A stretch of 64,000 nt of DNA. Source: a bacterium (lineage in GTDB: Bacteria > Krumholzibacteriota > Krumholzibacteriia > LZORAL124-64-63). Positions 20,113 to 30,151 of the stretch are shown in pieces (positions within the stretch are counted from its first letter, which is position 1; each line of letters starts with the position of its first letter). The position numbers and the translations under genes were made by a program. Under the pieces are notes generated by a model, which was not told the origin of the DNA, ran no database searches, and was given only the letters and a program-made list of their open reading frames with translations. Location of the stretch: contig JANOEP010000046.1 of the NCBI GenBank assembly GCA_031441465.1, forward strand, positions 64,001-128,000, given 5' to 3'.

Positions 20113-20939
20113 GGCCGGACCTCCGATGACAGGGGACGGCCGAGCCGGAACGATTTCAAGGAAGCGTCGATGGCGCCGACCTTCACTTTCGTCTTCATGA
20201 GCACGGGCAGGCGGTGCTCGTCGTCGCTCAGCCAGATCGTGAGGTCGCCCTCGAACTGGAAGAGCCCTTCGCCCTGGATGACCGGCTGCACGACGAGGCA
20301 GTCGAACGTGCCGGCCGCCACGGTGATCCGCTCGCGTCCCTGGACGTTGACAACGAGGTCGTAGGTCTTGCGCGAACTGTGCGTGGTCACGAGCGCCGGC
20401 TGCCCTGGTTCCAGCGGCAGGGTGCGGACGAAGTAGAACGCCGACAAAATGTCCTGGACCCCGGTCGGAACGTCCTCGTCGTGGCCGTCGAGATGGCGGG
20501 CCTTCCCCGCCTCCTGTTCGTAACGGATCGCCACGTTCTTGCGATAGTCGCCTTCGCGCAGCCGCTTGCTGAAGTAGCGCGTCGCGAGTGTCCGCACGTC
20601 GATGTGGGTGATGACCTTGTCCCGGACGAGGTAGAACGCCGAGAAGAATCGGTTGGACGTGGCCTTGCTCTCCACGGGATAGCACGGGTGGCCGCCGGAA
20701 TCGATGACCTCCCCGACTTCCAGGGAGGCCTCGCCGGCGTTGACGGGTCCGTAGTCGATCGAAAAGACCAACAGCTCGCCCGGCCCGTAGGGAACCGGGT
20801 GGATCGCGGCGGCAGTATCCGGTGCGGAGGCGGTCGTTTCCGCGCCAGCGGCCACGGCGGGGGCGGTCGCCAGGACGGCGAGCGCCGCCGCGGCCAGGGC
20901 CGCCGGCAGGGTTCCCGCCCGGCCTCGTCGCAGGTTCAT
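20109..20939 (-). CDS. DUF3108-like exported protein
   Basis: Signal peptide; GELLVFSIDYGPVNAGEA, QDILSAFYFVR, GRERITVAAGTFDC, IWLSDDEHRLPV. Confidence 0.8.
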   Translation of the reverse strand: MNLRRGRAGTLPAALAAAALAVLATAPAVAAGAETTASAPDTAAAIHPVPYGPGELLVFSIDYGPVNAGEASLEVGEVIDSGGHPCYPVESKATSNRFFSAFYLVRDKVITHIDVRTLATRYFSKRLREGDYRKNVAIRYEQEAGKARHLDGHDEDVPTGVQDILSAFYFVRTLPLEPGQPALVTTHSSRKTYDLVVNVQGRERITVAAGTFDCLVVQPVIQGEGLFQFEGDLTIWLSDDEHRLPVLMKTKVKVGAIDASLKSFRLGRPLSSEVRP

Positions 20940-22009
20940 GTGGCCTCCCTCGCTGCGCCCCGCAGGCGCTCCAGAATGGTATCCAGGGCCTCCAGCACGC
21001 GTTCGGCACGCAGACCGGTCATGCAGGGATGACCGGCCACCGGACACTCCAACAAGTCGCAGGGGGAACATGGTTCCCCGGTTCGCACCATGATATGCAA
21101 GGGATGTTCCGGGTTCCAGCCTCGCGGGTCCGTCGGGCCGAACAGGGTGACCGTCGGCACGCCCAGACCGGCGGCGATGTGGCGCGGGCCGCAGTCGGTC
21201 GCCACCAGGACGTCGAGCCGGCTCAGGAGGCCGGTCAGATCCAGCAGATCCGTGTTCGGGGCGACCGGCAGACTGGGATCTTCCGCCCGGACGGCCGCCA
21301 CGAGCGCGCCGTCGCCGGGACCCGGAATCAGCAACACGGCGGCGCCGCGCGCGACGAGAGCCTGCATCAGTCGCACGGCCTCGGCGGCCGGCCAAGCCTT
21401 GACGGGCCACGTCGCACTCAGGGTCAGGCCGATCCGGGGGCGGCCTCCGGTTCCGGGCCAGCCGATCCCGGGCGCCGCCGCGACCCGGTCCGGCCCAGCT
21501 GGTTCCGCGGTGAAATCGCCGGGCCGCCAGGGCTCGGCCTCGGCGCCCAGGGTCCGGACGAGATCCAGAAATCCTTCGGCCGCGAACTGCCGCAATCGCC
21601 GCCCCTCGAGACGGTCGCGCGGCACCGGCAGGTTGTAGGCCCATCGGCGCCAGCGCAGTGCGTAGCCGGCCCGCCAGCGGGCGCCGCTCAAGGCGGTCCA
21701 CAGGGCCGTGCGCGGCGTGCTCAGGACGTCCACCACCAGGTCGTACCGCTGCGCGCGCAGGTGGGGGATCCAACCCGCCGGCGCGTCCGCACGCTCCGGA
21801 GGCCAACCCACCACCCGGATGCGGTCGGCGACTTCGCGCAACAAGGGGACGAAAGGCCGGTCCACGAGCAGATCGACCTCGGCCTGCGGGCAAGCCGCGG
21901 CCAGCGCCCGCACCGCCGGCAGCGTGACCACGACGTCGCCGAGGGCTCGCCGGCGGATCACCAGGATCCGGCGCAGCTGCGGCAGCTCGGCGAAGAAGGA
22001 CCGGTTCAT
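20936..22009 (-). CDS. Glycosyltransferase family 9 (heptosyltransferase-like)
   Basis: ILVIRRRALGDVV, ATWPVKAWP, TDCGPRHIAAGLGVPTVTLFGPT, CSPC. Confidence 0.92.
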   Translation of the reverse strand: MNRSFFAELPQLRRILVIRRRALGDVVVTLPAVRALAAACPQAEVDLLVDRPFVPLLREVADRIRVVGWPPERADAPAGWIPHLRAQRYDLVVDVLSTPRTALWTALSGARWRAGYALRWRRWAYNLPVPRDRLEGRRLRQFAAEGFLDLVRTLGAEAEPWRPGDFTAEPAGPDRVAAAPGIGWPGTGGRPRIGLTLSATWPVKAWPAAEAVRLMQALVARGAAVLLIPGPGDGALVAAVRAEDPSLPVAPNTDLLDLTGLLSRLDVLVATDCGPRHIAAGLGVPTVTLFGPTDPRGWNPEHPLHIMVRTGEPCSPCDLLECPVAGHPCMTGLRAERVLEALDTILERLRGAAREAT

Positions 22010-23157
22010 CGTCCGGCCCCCGGACCGCCGAGTGCCGACAGCGCCTCGGCGACGACGGCGGGCGACAAGGCGGGCAGGCAGACGAATTCCTCCGGTGGGC
22101 AGGCGTGGCGGTCGCAGGGATGGCAGGCGGGCCGCGTGCACAGCACCCGGTAGGGCCCGAAGCTCTCGTAGGGGAACCAGATCGCGGGATCCGTCGGACC
22201 GAACAACGCCAGCGTGGGCCGGCCGCAGGCCACCGCAGCGTGGGTGAGGCCGCCGTCGACCGCCACGACCGCATCCGCGCCGGCGACCACCGCCAGCGCA
22301 GCGGCCAGTCCCAGCAACGGCAGTCGTCCGCCCGGCGTACCGTCGGTCCACGCGCCGCCCGTCAGCACGCCGCCGGGCGCGGCAAGCTCAACGACGGGCC
22401 GCCGGTCCGTAACGGCCAAACGGGTGTGCAAGTCGTCCCACGACGCGCGGGGCCAGGCCTTGGCCGGCCAGGTGGCGCCGGGCGCGAACAGCAGGTACGG
22501 TCGGCCCGCGCCGATGCCGAGCGCCGCCAGCGCGGCGCCGGCCGCGGCGCTGGGCGCCACGTGCAGACGTGGCGGCAATCCCCGCGGGTATTCGCGCAGG
22601 TACCAGTCCCGGAACGACAGACCGCTCGGGACGTGCGCCAACGGCAGCAGACGGCCGAGGAGTTCGCCCAGCCCGCCGGGAGCGGCGGCGCGGAACGCCG
22701 GGTCCTGCTGCAGCGACGGGACGCTGACGGGATGCGTGGCGAGTCGGCGGCGCCATCCCCGATCACCGCCGATGCGCCGCGGCGCACCGGCCAGGCGCAG
22801 CAGCAGGGCGCTGCGCGGGTTGGCGAAGAGGTCCACGGAGAGGTCGTAGCGGGCGCGCCGCAAGTCGCCGACCGTCGCCGCCGCGGTGCGGCCTCCCGGC
22901 CCGTCGGCGGGCGCCGTCGGGCGCGAGGCGGCGCCGGAGCCGCGCGCGTCCCGCGCCAGCACGTGCAGGCGCTGCAGGCGCGGGTCACCGGCGAGCAGGG
23001 GGGCGGCCGGCGACTCGCAGAGGTAACCGAGGCGCAGTTCGGGATCGCCGCGGCGCAGGACTTCGAGCACGACGGTCGACATCACCACGTCGCCGAGGAA
23101 GCGCAGCCGGCTGACCAGGATCGCGCCGAGGGGGCGCCCGTCGAGGGTCCAACTCAC
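22006..23157 (-). CDS. Glycosyltransferase family 9
   Basis: LVSRLRFLGDVVMST, PGATWPAKAWP, VDGGLTHAAVACGRPTLALFGPT, CHPC. Confidence 0.92.
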   Translation of the reverse strand: MSWTLDGRPLGAILVSRLRFLGDVVMSTVVLEVLRRGDPELRLGYLCESPAAPLLAGDPRLQRLHVLARDARGSGAASRPTAPADGPGGRTAAATVGDLRRARYDLSVDLFANPRSALLLRLAGAPRRIGGDRGWRRRLATHPVSVPSLQQDPAFRAAAPGGLGELLGRLLPLAHVPSGLSFRDWYLREYPRGLPPRLHVAPSAAAGAALAALGIGAGRPYLLFAPGATWPAKAWPRASWDDLHTRLAVTDRRPVVELAAPGGVLTGGAWTDGTPGGRLPLLGLAAALAVVAGADAVVAVDGGLTHAAVACGRPTLALFGPTDPAIWFPYESFGPYRVLCTRPACHPCDRHACPPEEFVCLPALSPAVVAEALSALGGPGAGR

Positions 23158-24821
23158 GCCTTCGCCTCCCGCAGGACATGATCGACGGCGCGGGCCAGGT
23201 TCGCCACGGTGGGCACGCGCCAGGCCGGATCGAGGTCGCGGGCGCTCAGGTTGCCCTTGCCCGTGCGCACCAACACGGCGCTCAGGCCCGCATGACGCGC
23301 GAGCAGCACGTCGGACACCTTGTCGCCCACCATCCAGGCGCGCGCGGGCTCCCACGCATAGTGGCGGGCAGCGGCCTGGAGCAGGCCGGGGCGCGGCTTG
23401 CGGCAATGGCAGTCCGCATCGGGCGCGTGCGGGCAGTAGTAGACGCCGTCGAGGTACACGTCGTCCGCGGCGAGCAGGGCGTCGACGCGCTTCTGGACGG
23501 CGGCGAACTCCTCGAACGTGTAGTAGCCGCGGCCCAGCCCCGACTGGTTGGTGAGCATGATCAGGCGGAACCCGGCCAACTGGGCCTTGCGCAGGGCCGC
23601 GCCGGCGCCCGCGATCAGCGCCACGGCGCGCGGGTCGTGGAGGTAGTCGCCGTCGTGGATGACCACACCGTCGCGGTCCAGGAACAGGGTCGGCCGTACG
23701 GGCTGCGGCTCCCTCACGCCCAGAGGTTTCCAGACACCCGCCTCCCCCGACTCCTGCCCGGGGACCAGGGAGCGGGCCGCGGCCAGGACGCGGCGCGGTG
23801 TGATCGTCTCGAGGCAGAAGCGCGGCTCGGGGCACGTGCGCAGGAAGCAGGGATGACAGGGGAAATCCTCGACCGCCACGACCGTGGTGCGCGCGCCGCG
23901 GGGTCCCGTCCAGATGGGACTGGAAGAGCCGAACAGCCCCACCGTCGGCGTGCCGAGGGCCGCCGCCAAGTGCATCGGCCCGCTGTCGTTGCCCACGAAG
24001 AGGTCCGCCCCGCGCAACAGCGCGGCCAGGCCGGGCAGGCTCGTGCGACCGACCATATCACAGCAGCCGGGCGTCGTGCCGGGGTTGCCGGTCCCCTGGT
24101 CGTCCGACCAGGGGGCGCCGCAGGCAGCGCGCACGCGTTCGGCCAGCCGGCGCGCCGGCGGGTCGCCGATCAGCACGACGCGCGCGCCGGCCTCGGCAAC
24201 GGCCAGTTCGACGAAGCCGGCGACGGCGTCTGGTGGCCAGCTCTTCGCGTCGCCGTAGGTCGTGCCGACGGACACGACCCAGACGGGCGGCCCGGGCGGG
24301 ATGGGCGGCGCGGCCTCGGAACACACCTTGCCCGCCAGGGTCGGCGCCGGCGCCGCGGACCATTCCCCGCCGCGCCATGCCTGCGCCAGCAGGGCGAGTT
24401 CCTCGGTGTAGTGGCGCGAACAGCGCGGCGGTCTGGGCAGCGCGTCGGTCAGCAGGGCGCCGCGCTGCTCGCCGCGGAACCCCAGGCGCCTCGGGATCCC
24501 GGCCAACCGCGCCACCGCGGCCGCGCGCAGCGACGGCGGCAACACGAACACGGCGTCGAAGTCTCCCTCGCGCCACTGCCGCGCCAGGCGCAGCGCGCCT
24601 CGCCAGCCCGCGTGGTCGCCTTCGCGTTCGTAGATCAGGAGTCCGTGGAGGCGGGGGTCGCCTTCCAGCAAGGGAGCCCAGCGGTCCCGCACCGCGACGT
24701 GGATTTCGGGCGGCGCCTCGCCTTCCCGCGCCGCGACCAAGGAGGCCAACAGCGAGGTCGACATCACGAGGTCCCCGAGCCAGTTCGGGGCCACGACGAG
24801 CAGGCGCGGCCGTCGGGACAT
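23154..24821 (-). CDS. waaF-gmhB: Fused heptosyltransferase II (WaaF-like) / heptose-1,7-bisphosphate phosphatase (GmhB-like)
   Basis: N-terminal PNWLGDLVMS, GTTYGDAKSWP, GNDSGPMHLAAALG; C-terminal FLDRDGV, TNQSGLGRG, CPH...CHCRKP, MVGDKVSD. Alternative start at 24839. Confidence 0.9.
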   Translation of the reverse strand: MSRRPRLLVVAPNWLGDLVMSTSLLASLVAAREGEAPPEIHVAVRDRWAPLLEGDPRLHGLLIYEREGDHAGWRGALRLARQWREGDFDAVFVLPPSLRAAAVARLAGIPRRLGFRGEQRGALLTDALPRPPRCSRHYTEELALLAQAWRGGEWSAAPAPTLAGKVCSEAAPPIPPGPPVWVVSVGTTYGDAKSWPPDAVAGFVELAVAEAGARVVLIGDPPARRLAERVRAACGAPWSDDQGTGNPGTTPGCCDMVGRTSLPGLAALLRGADLFVGNDSGPMHLAAALGTPTVGLFGSSSPIWTGPRGARTTVVAVEDFPCHPCFLRTCPEPRFCLETITPRRVLAAARSLVPGQESGEAGVWKPLGVREPQPVRPTLFLDRDGVVIHDGDYLHDPRAVALIAGAGAALRKAQLAGFRLIMLTNQSGLGRGYYTFEEFAAVQKRVDALLAADDVYLDGVYYCPHAPDADCHCRKPRPGLLQAAARHYAWEPARAWMVGDKVSDVLLARHAGLSAVLVRTGKGNLSARDLDPAWRVPTVANLARAVDHVLREAKA

Positions 24822-24835
24822 GACTTCCTCTCGGC

Positions 24836-25909
24836 TCATCGAGCGGCGCGGATCGCCGCGAACGCGTCCAGCAGGGTGTCGGGATCGATCCGCTGCCCGT
24901 CCTTGACGCGCAGGATCCGCACCTGCGGCTGCTCGGTGGGCACCCACTCGGGCCCGTCCTGCTCCAGGAACAGGCCCAGGGTCGGCACGCCGGCCGCCGC
25001 CGCGAAATGGAAGAGGTCCGTGTTGCCGGCGATCACCACGTCACAGACCGCAGCGAACAGCACGACGTCGAACAGCGTGTCGCACGGCAGGCTCATCGGG
25101 GCCGCGCCGAGACCGGCCACCAGGGACGCGACACGCTCGGTGTCCGCGGACACGGTCAGGGGCAGCACCCGGCACGGGACCTGGCTCTCCAGCTGGCGCA
25201 ACAGGTGATGGAAGTTCGGCGCCGCCAGCGCGACACCCGACTTGCCCGCCGTCGGATCGAAGCCCACCAGGACCTCGTCCTGCCGCGGCTTGTTGAAGTG
25301 CACGAGCTGGCGCGCGCGCCGCAGTTTCTCGTCCGGCAAGGGCCAACCGCGACGGGCCGCTTGGCGGGGCAACCCCAGGAACGGGGCCGCCGCCGCCAGA
25401 CACTCGCCGCGGTAGCGCACACCGTCGTCGCGGCGGCGGATCTCGAAGTTGACCGCCGGGTAAGCGCCCGGGTGCGACGGCCCCATCCGCAACGGCGCTC
25501 CGGTCGCCAGCGACACCGTCTCGAGGGCGGGTTGCGGCGCGAAGGACATCACCAGGCTGAAGTCGTACGCTTCCTTGCGCACGCTCTTGAGCAGGGCGTG
25601 GCAGGAGGGGCTCCACAGTTTCAACTGGCGCGGCTGGTAGACCAGGCACTGGCGCGCGATCCCGCTGGGCGCGACCAGGGACACGTGCGCCTCGGGCAGC
25701 AGGAAATCGATGCGGGCGCGCGGATGGCGCTCGCGGATCGCCTGCAGCAGCGGCATGTGGAACAGCAGATCGGACAGGTCGCCGGTGTCGATGGCCAGCA
25801 GCAGCGGCTCATCCCCCAGCTCCCCCGGCAGCGAGAAACCCTCGCTCCCGCCCCGCAGGAAGAAACGGTCGACGAGGCTCCTGACCAGTCTGCCCTCGGC
25901 GAAGCTCAT
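24836..25909 (-). CDS. Divergent GT9-family glycosyltransferase
   Basis: [52 protein letters not shown]. Confidence 0.75.
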   Translation of the reverse strand: MSFAEGRLVRSLVDRFFLRGGSEGFSLPGELGDEPLLLAIDTGDLSDLLFHMPLLQAIRERHPRARIDFLLPEAHVSLVAPSGIARQCLVYQPRQLKLWSPSCHALLKSVRKEAYDFSLVMSFAPQPALETVSLATGAPLRMGPSHPGAYPAVNFEIRRRDDGVRYRGECLAAAAPFLGLPRQAARRGWPLPDEKLRRARQLVHFNKPRQDEVLVGFDPTAGKSGVALAAPNFHHLLRQLESQVPCRVLPLTVSADTERVASLVAGLGAAPMSLPCDTLFDVVLFAAVCDVVIAGNTDLFHFAAAAGVPTLGLFLEQDGPEWVPTEQPQVRILRVKDGQRIDPDTLLDAFAAIRAAR

Positions 25910-25925
25910 GGCCGGCCGCCGGCGC

Positions 25926-28304
25926 TCACGAGGTGAACTCCTCGGGGAAGAGTTCCGCCCAGACCTCCTCGACGCGCTTCACGCAGACGAACTCGATGTC
26001 GCGGGACACCTCGGTCGGGATCTCTTCGAGATCGTGCTCGTTCTCCTTGGGCAGCAGGAGGCGGCGGATGCCGGCGCGGTGCGCGGCCAGGACCTTCTCC
26101 AGCAGCCCGCCGATGGGCAGCACGTCGCCGGTCAGCGTGATCTCCCCGGTCATGGCCGTGCGCCGGTCGACCGGGCGACCCACCATCAAGGAGAAGAGCA
26201 CCGTCGCCATGGTGATGCCGGCGCTCGGGCCGTCCTTGGGCACCGCCCCGGCCGGGATATGGATGTGGAGGTCGTGCTCGCGGAAGAAGGCGCGGTGGCG
26301 TTCGCGGTCGCCGTAGCGGGCGCGCAGGTAGGAGTAGGCGGCGGCCGCCGACTCCTGCATGACGCTGCCGAGCTGGCCGGTCAGGCGCAGCTGGCCGGAG
26401 CCCGCCGGCAGGGCCACGCCTTCGAGGTAGAGGATCTTGCCGCCGGCCGAGGTCCAGGCCAAGCCCGTGGCGACGCCCACGCGGGCGCGGCTGCGCAGCC
26501 GGTCGGGATCGTAGTCGGGCTGGCCCAGATACTCGGGCAGGGTCTGGGCGGTGATCGCGTGCCGGCGCCGGCGGCCGCGCGCCACGGTCTTGGCGACCTT
26601 GCGGCACACGGCGCCGATCTTGCGCTCGAGGCCGCGCACACCGGCCTCGCGGGTGTGGCCGTTGATCAGGGCGCGCAGGCCGGCGTCGGTGAAGCCCACG
26701 TGCTTGGCGGTCAGGCCGTTCTCCTGGAGCTGCCTCGGCACCAGGTAGCGCTTGGCGATCTCCAGCTTCTCGAGGTTGGTGTAGCCGGGCAGCTGGATGA
26801 CCTCCATGCGGTCCAGCAGGGGGCGCGGGATGGTGTCCATCATGTTGGCCGTGGTGATGAACAGGGTGTGCGAGAGGTCGAACGGCAGCGACAGGTAGTG
26901 GTCGGTGAAGGAGAAGTTCTGCTCCGGGTCGAGGACCTCCAGCAGGGCGCTGGCGGGGTCGCCGCGGAAATCCTGGCCCAGCTTGTCGATCTCGTCGAGC
27001 ATGATCAGCGGGTTGTTGGTGCCGCAGTCCTTCAGGCCGGCGATGATGCGCCCCGGCATGGCGCCGACGTAGGTGCGGCGGTGCCCGCGGATCTCGGCCT
27101 CGTCGCGCATGCCGCCGAGCGAGAAGCGGAAGAACTTGCGGCCGATCGCCTCGGCGATGCTCCGCCCCAGCGAGGTCTTGCCCACGCCGGGCGGCCCGAC
27201 CAGGCAGATGATGGGCCCGCGGTGGTCGTTCTTGAGCTTCCGCACGGCCAGGAACTCTAGGATGCGCTCCTTGACGTCGGCGAGGCCGTAGTGGTCGCGC
27301 TCCAGGATCGCCTCGGCGCGCTTGATGTCCAGCTTGTCCTCGCTGGACACGAGCCAGGGCAGGTCCAGCAGCCAGTCGATGTACGTCTTGCTGACCGTGT
27401 ACTCGCTGGCGCCCGGGGACATGCGGGCCAGACGGTCGACTTCCTTCTCGGCGACGGCGCGCACGTGCTCCGGCAGCTGGGCCTGCGCCAGCCGCTCCTG
27501 CAGTTCCTCGATCTCCACCGTGCCGTCGTCGGTGTCGCCCAGCTCGCGCTGGATCGCCTTGAGCTGCTGGCGCAGGTAGTATTCGCGCTGGTCCTTGTCG
27601 ATGCTCTTGCGGACCTTGGACTGGAGCTTCTGCCCCAGCTCCGCGACTTCCAGTTCGCGCACGACGATCTTGGCCAGGATCTGCAGGCGCTCCAGGGGAG
27701 CGACGGCTTCCAGCACCTGCTGCTTCTCGGCGATCTCGATGTCGAGGTTGGTGGCGATCAGGTCGGCGAGCCGGCCCGGATCGTCGATGTTCATCACCAC
27801 GACCTTCAGCTCGTCCGAGAGGCTCTCGCTGGCGTCGACGATCTTCAGGAAATTGTTCGCGACGCCCCGCATGTAGGCCAGCGTGCGGGGGTCGGAGGCC
27901 TTCGGCTCCGGCAGCCCCTCCACTTCGGCCTTGAGGTACGGCTGTTCGGACACGAACTCGCCGATGCGAATCCGGGCCACGCCCTGGCCCAGCAGGCGCA
28001 TGCTGCCGTCGGGAAAGCGCAGCATCTTCTGGATCTTCACCGCCGTGCCGACGCGGTACAGCAGGTCCTTCTCGTCGGGATGGTCCTCGTGCTCGCCCGG
28101 CTCCCGCTGGGAAACCGCGCCGAGCATCTTGTCGCCGGCGAGGCAGTCGTCCGCCAGGCGGATGAGGTTCTCGTCGCTCAGCACGAGCGGGACCATCATG
28201 TAGGGGAAGATCACCGCGTCGCTGATCGGCAGGACCGGCAGCACCGCGGGCACCAGGGCCTCGGGCGCATCGCTCGACCGTCGCTGACGCTCGTCGCCGT
28301 TCAT
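25926..28304 (-). CDS. lon: ATP-dependent protease Lon
   Basis: LON N-domain, [51 protein letters not shown]; alternative start at 28355. Confidence 0.98.
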   Translation of the reverse strand: MNGDERQRRSSDAPEALVPAVLPVLPISDAVIFPYMMVPLVLSDENLIRLADDCLAGDKMLGAVSQREPGEHEDHPDEKDLLYRVGTAVKIQKMLRFPDGSMRLLGQGVARIRIGEFVSEQPYLKAEVEGLPEPKASDPRTLAYMRGVANNFLKIVDASESLSDELKVVVMNIDDPGRLADLIATNLDIEIAEKQQVLEAVAPLERLQILAKIVVRELEVAELGQKLQSKVRKSIDKDQREYYLRQQLKAIQRELGDTDDGTVEIEELQERLAQAQLPEHVRAVAEKEVDRLARMSPGASEYTVSKTYIDWLLDLPWLVSSEDKLDIKRAEAILERDHYGLADVKERILEFLAVRKLKNDHRGPIICLVGPPGVGKTSLGRSIAEAIGRKFFRFSLGGMRDEAEIRGHRRTYVGAMPGRIIAGLKDCGTNNPLIMLDEIDKLGQDFRGDPASALLEVLDPEQNFSFTDHYLSLPFDLSHTLFITTANMMDTIPRPLLDRMEVIQLPGYTNLEKLEIAKRYLVPRQLQENGLTAKHVGFTDAGLRALINGHTREAGVRGLERKIGAVCRKVAKTVARGRRRRHAITAQTLPEYLGQPDYDPDRLRSRARVGVATGLAWTSAGGKILYLEGVALPAGSGQLRLTGQLGSVMQESAAAAYSYLRARYGDRERHRAFFREHDLHIHIPAGAVPKDGPSAGITMATVLFSLMVGRPVDRRTAMTGEITLTGDVLPIGGLLEKVLAAHRAGIRRLLLPKENEHDLEEIPTEVSRDIEFVCVKRVEEVWAELFPEEFTS

Positions 28305-28344
28305 GGGCACAGTTCCTTCCGCGTCCGCCTTGCTCCGGCGCCGC

Positions 28345-28800
28345 TTACTTCCCATTGCGCACGTCCACGCGCCGCCGGCTGCCGCCGGCCGCCGGTCCCT
28401 TGCGGAACGTGACGTAGAGGAAACCGTTGCGATAGCGGGCGGCCGCGGTTTCGGGCTGCACCGACACCGGCACGACGATGCGCCGGGCGAACGGCCCGAC
28501 GCTGATCTCCATCTTCGAGTAGTGCTTCTTGCCGGCGGGCGCGATGTCCTGGCGCGTGCCGCGCACGGTCAGGGTCTCGCCGTCGGTGAAGACCTCGATC
28601 GCCGCGGGATCCATGCCCGCCAGGTCCATCTGCACGACGAAGGCTTCCTCGGTCTCGTAGGCGTCGGTGGCCGGCCGCCAGGTCAGGTCGTCGTCGAGGG
28701 GCAGCCGCCCCAACCCGCGGGCGTGGGCCGTGACCAGGATCTCGAAGATGTCGTCCACGGAACCGGAATCTCCGGCCTCGCGGGGTGCCGTCGTGATCAT
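28345..28800 (-). CDS. Hsp20/alpha-crystallin family protein
   Basis: WRPATDAYET, MDLAGMD, LTVRGTR, MEISVGPFARRI, ARYRNGFLYVTF; AAGGAGG RBS. Confidence 0.9.
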   Translation of the reverse strand: MITTAPREAGDSGSVDDIFEILVTAHARGLGRLPLDDDLTWRPATDAYETEEAFVVQMDLAGMDPAAIEVFTDGETLTVRGTRQDIAPAGKKHYSKMEISVGPFARRIVVPVSVQPETAAARYRNGFLYVTFRKGPAAGGSRRRVDVRNGK

Positions 28801-28830
28801 GGCGGGCCTCCTTGAGCGTTGACCCACCGC

Positions 28831-28859
28831 ATGCTAGCGGCGGGGAGGCGGGGCGTCAA
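28831..28859 (-). promoter_or_regulatory. Putative sigma70 promoter for the hsp20-lon-LPS operon
   Basis: TTGACG-N17-TAGCAT. Confidence 0.55.
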
Positions 28860-28888
28860 CCCGCGACCGGGAAGGGCGGGCGGGGCGC

Positions 28889-28918
28889 TTGTCCCGTGCG
28901 ACGGCTGCATGGTAGGAT
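28889..28918 (+). promoter_or_regulatory. Putative sigma70 promoter for the HIT gene
   Basis: TTGTCC-N18-TAGGAT with a TG extension. Confidence 0.45.
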
Positions 28919-29004
28919 GCGGGGAAGTCGGGGCGGCGAGTCCCACCAACACCGGGACCCGGCGGCTGCTGGTCCCGGCACCTCCAGCCGAGAGGCGGCG
29001 CACG

Positions 29005-29349
29005 ATGGCCGACTGCCTGTTCTGCAAGATCGCCGCCGGTGCGATCCCCGCCGACATCATCCACGCGGACGACGAGTTCGTCGCCTTCCGGGACATCGCC
29101 CCCCGCGCCCCGGTCCACGTCCTGGTGATCCCCCGTCGTCACATCCCGTCGCCGGGAGACCTCGTCGACGGCGACGAAGCCCTGGCCGGGCGCCTGCTGG
29201 TCACCGCGGCGCGGATCGCGCGCGACTCGGGACTGGACGCCACGGGGTTCCGCTGGGTCCTGAACTGCGGCGCCGACGGGGGACAGACCGTCCCCCACCT
29301 CCACCTGCACCTGCTCGGCGGGCGAGAACTCGGCTGGCCGCCCGGGTAA
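29005..29349 (+). CDS. hinT: Histidine triad nucleotide-binding protein (HinT)
   Basis: MADCLFCKI, FRDIAPRAPVHVLVIP, GGQTVPHLHLHLLGGR..WPPG. Confidence 0.93.
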   Translation: MADCLFCKIAAGAIPADIIHADDEFVAFRDIAPRAPVHVLVIPRRHIPSPGDLVDGDEALAGRLLVTAARIARDSGLDATGFRWVLNCGADGGQTVPHLHLHLLGGRELGWPPG

Positions 29350-29375
29350 CGCAGGGCCGCCGACCGCACCCGCCG

Positions 29376-30050
29376 TCACTTCACCTTGTACTGGCCCCGT
29401 CCGGCGCTGACGAGGATCTTGCTCGTCGACAGGGTGCGCCGCAGCACGTTCGCGAAGTTACCGCTCTTGCTCTTGACGAGTTTTCCCTTGGCGATGGCGC
29501 CCAGGATGTCCTGGACGGACATTTTGCCGCCGTTGGCGCGGATCAGGCCCGCCACGACCGACTCCAGGGTGGCCTTGCCGGACTTCCCGGCGGCGGCTTT
29601 GCGGGACGCGCCCTTGGCGGGCGCCGCCTTCCCGGCGGCCTTCTTCTTCCCGACCGGCTTCTTCGCGGTCTTCTTCTTCGCGACCGGCTTCTTCGCCGAC
29701 GCCTTCTTGGCGATCTTCTTCTTCGCTCTGGTCGTCTGCGCGACGGTCTTCTTCGCCGCAGCCTTCTTCACGGCGACCTTCTTCGCCGGCTTCCTGGCCG
29801 ACTTCTTCACCGACTTCTTCGCTGCGGCTTTCCGGCGCGCCGGGCCCCGCCCGCGACGGGCCGCGACCGGCGCGGCGGCGACGGGACCGCCCTTCACGAG
29901 ATCGGCGATGGCGGTGCGGACCGCGGCGAGTTCGGTCTCGAGCTCGCTGCGCCGCGATTCCAGAACGGTGAGCTGTTCCTTGACGGCGAGGAGGCGTCGG
30001 AGATCGTCGAGGGAAAGCTCCCCGGCGAGTGCGGCGAACTTGCGCATCAT
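29376..30050 (-). CDS. Lysine-rich putative DNA-binding protein (coiled coil, histone-H1-like linker, winged-helix-like C-terminus)
   Basis: GGAGG RBS; heptad segment KEQLTVLESRRSELETELAAVRTAIADL; K/A-rich repeats; C-terminal TLESVVAGLIRANGGKMSVQDIL...AGRGQYKVK. Confidence 0.8.
   Translation of the reverse strand: MMRKFAALAGELSLDDLRRLLAVKEQLTVLESRRSELETELAAVRTAIADLVKGGPVAAAPVAARRGRGPARRKAAAKKSVKKSARKPAKKVAVKKAAAKKTVAQTTRAKKKIAKKASAKKPVAKKKTAKKPVGKKKAAGKAAPAKGASRKAAAGKSGKATLESVVAGLIRANGGKMSVQDILGAIAKGKLVKSKSGNFANVLRRTLSTSKILVSAGRGQYKVK
29575..29835 (-). repeat. Imperfect KKxxx/KKPVA coding repeats (H1/Hc2-like)
   Basis: Recurring (t)tcttc units on the + strand encode KKSVKK, KKVAVKK, KKASAKK, KKPVAKK and KKPVGKK. 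Confidence 0.8.
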
Positions 30051-30098
30051 CAAGAACCTCCGGGTTGGACTGTTCGGGCGGGCGAGAATATTACCGAC

Positions 30099-30128
30099 AC
30101 CCTAGTTCCGGTGGCCGGGACTTGTCAA
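30099..30128 (-). promoter_or_regulatory. Putative sigma70 promoter for the lysine-rich DNA-binding gene
   Basis: Perfect TTGACA -35, N18, then TAGGGT. Confidence 0.5.
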
Positions 30129-30151
30129 CTGCGCGGTAAGATCGCGGGCGG

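Noticed and set aside
28801..28870. CIRCE heat-shock operator upstream of hsp20-lon
   Set aside because: No TTAGCACTC-N9-GAGTGCTAA match.
29575..29835. Short tandem repeats as a CRISPR array or contingency locus
   Set aside because: Imperfect in-frame Lys-codon repeats without spacers or cas genes.
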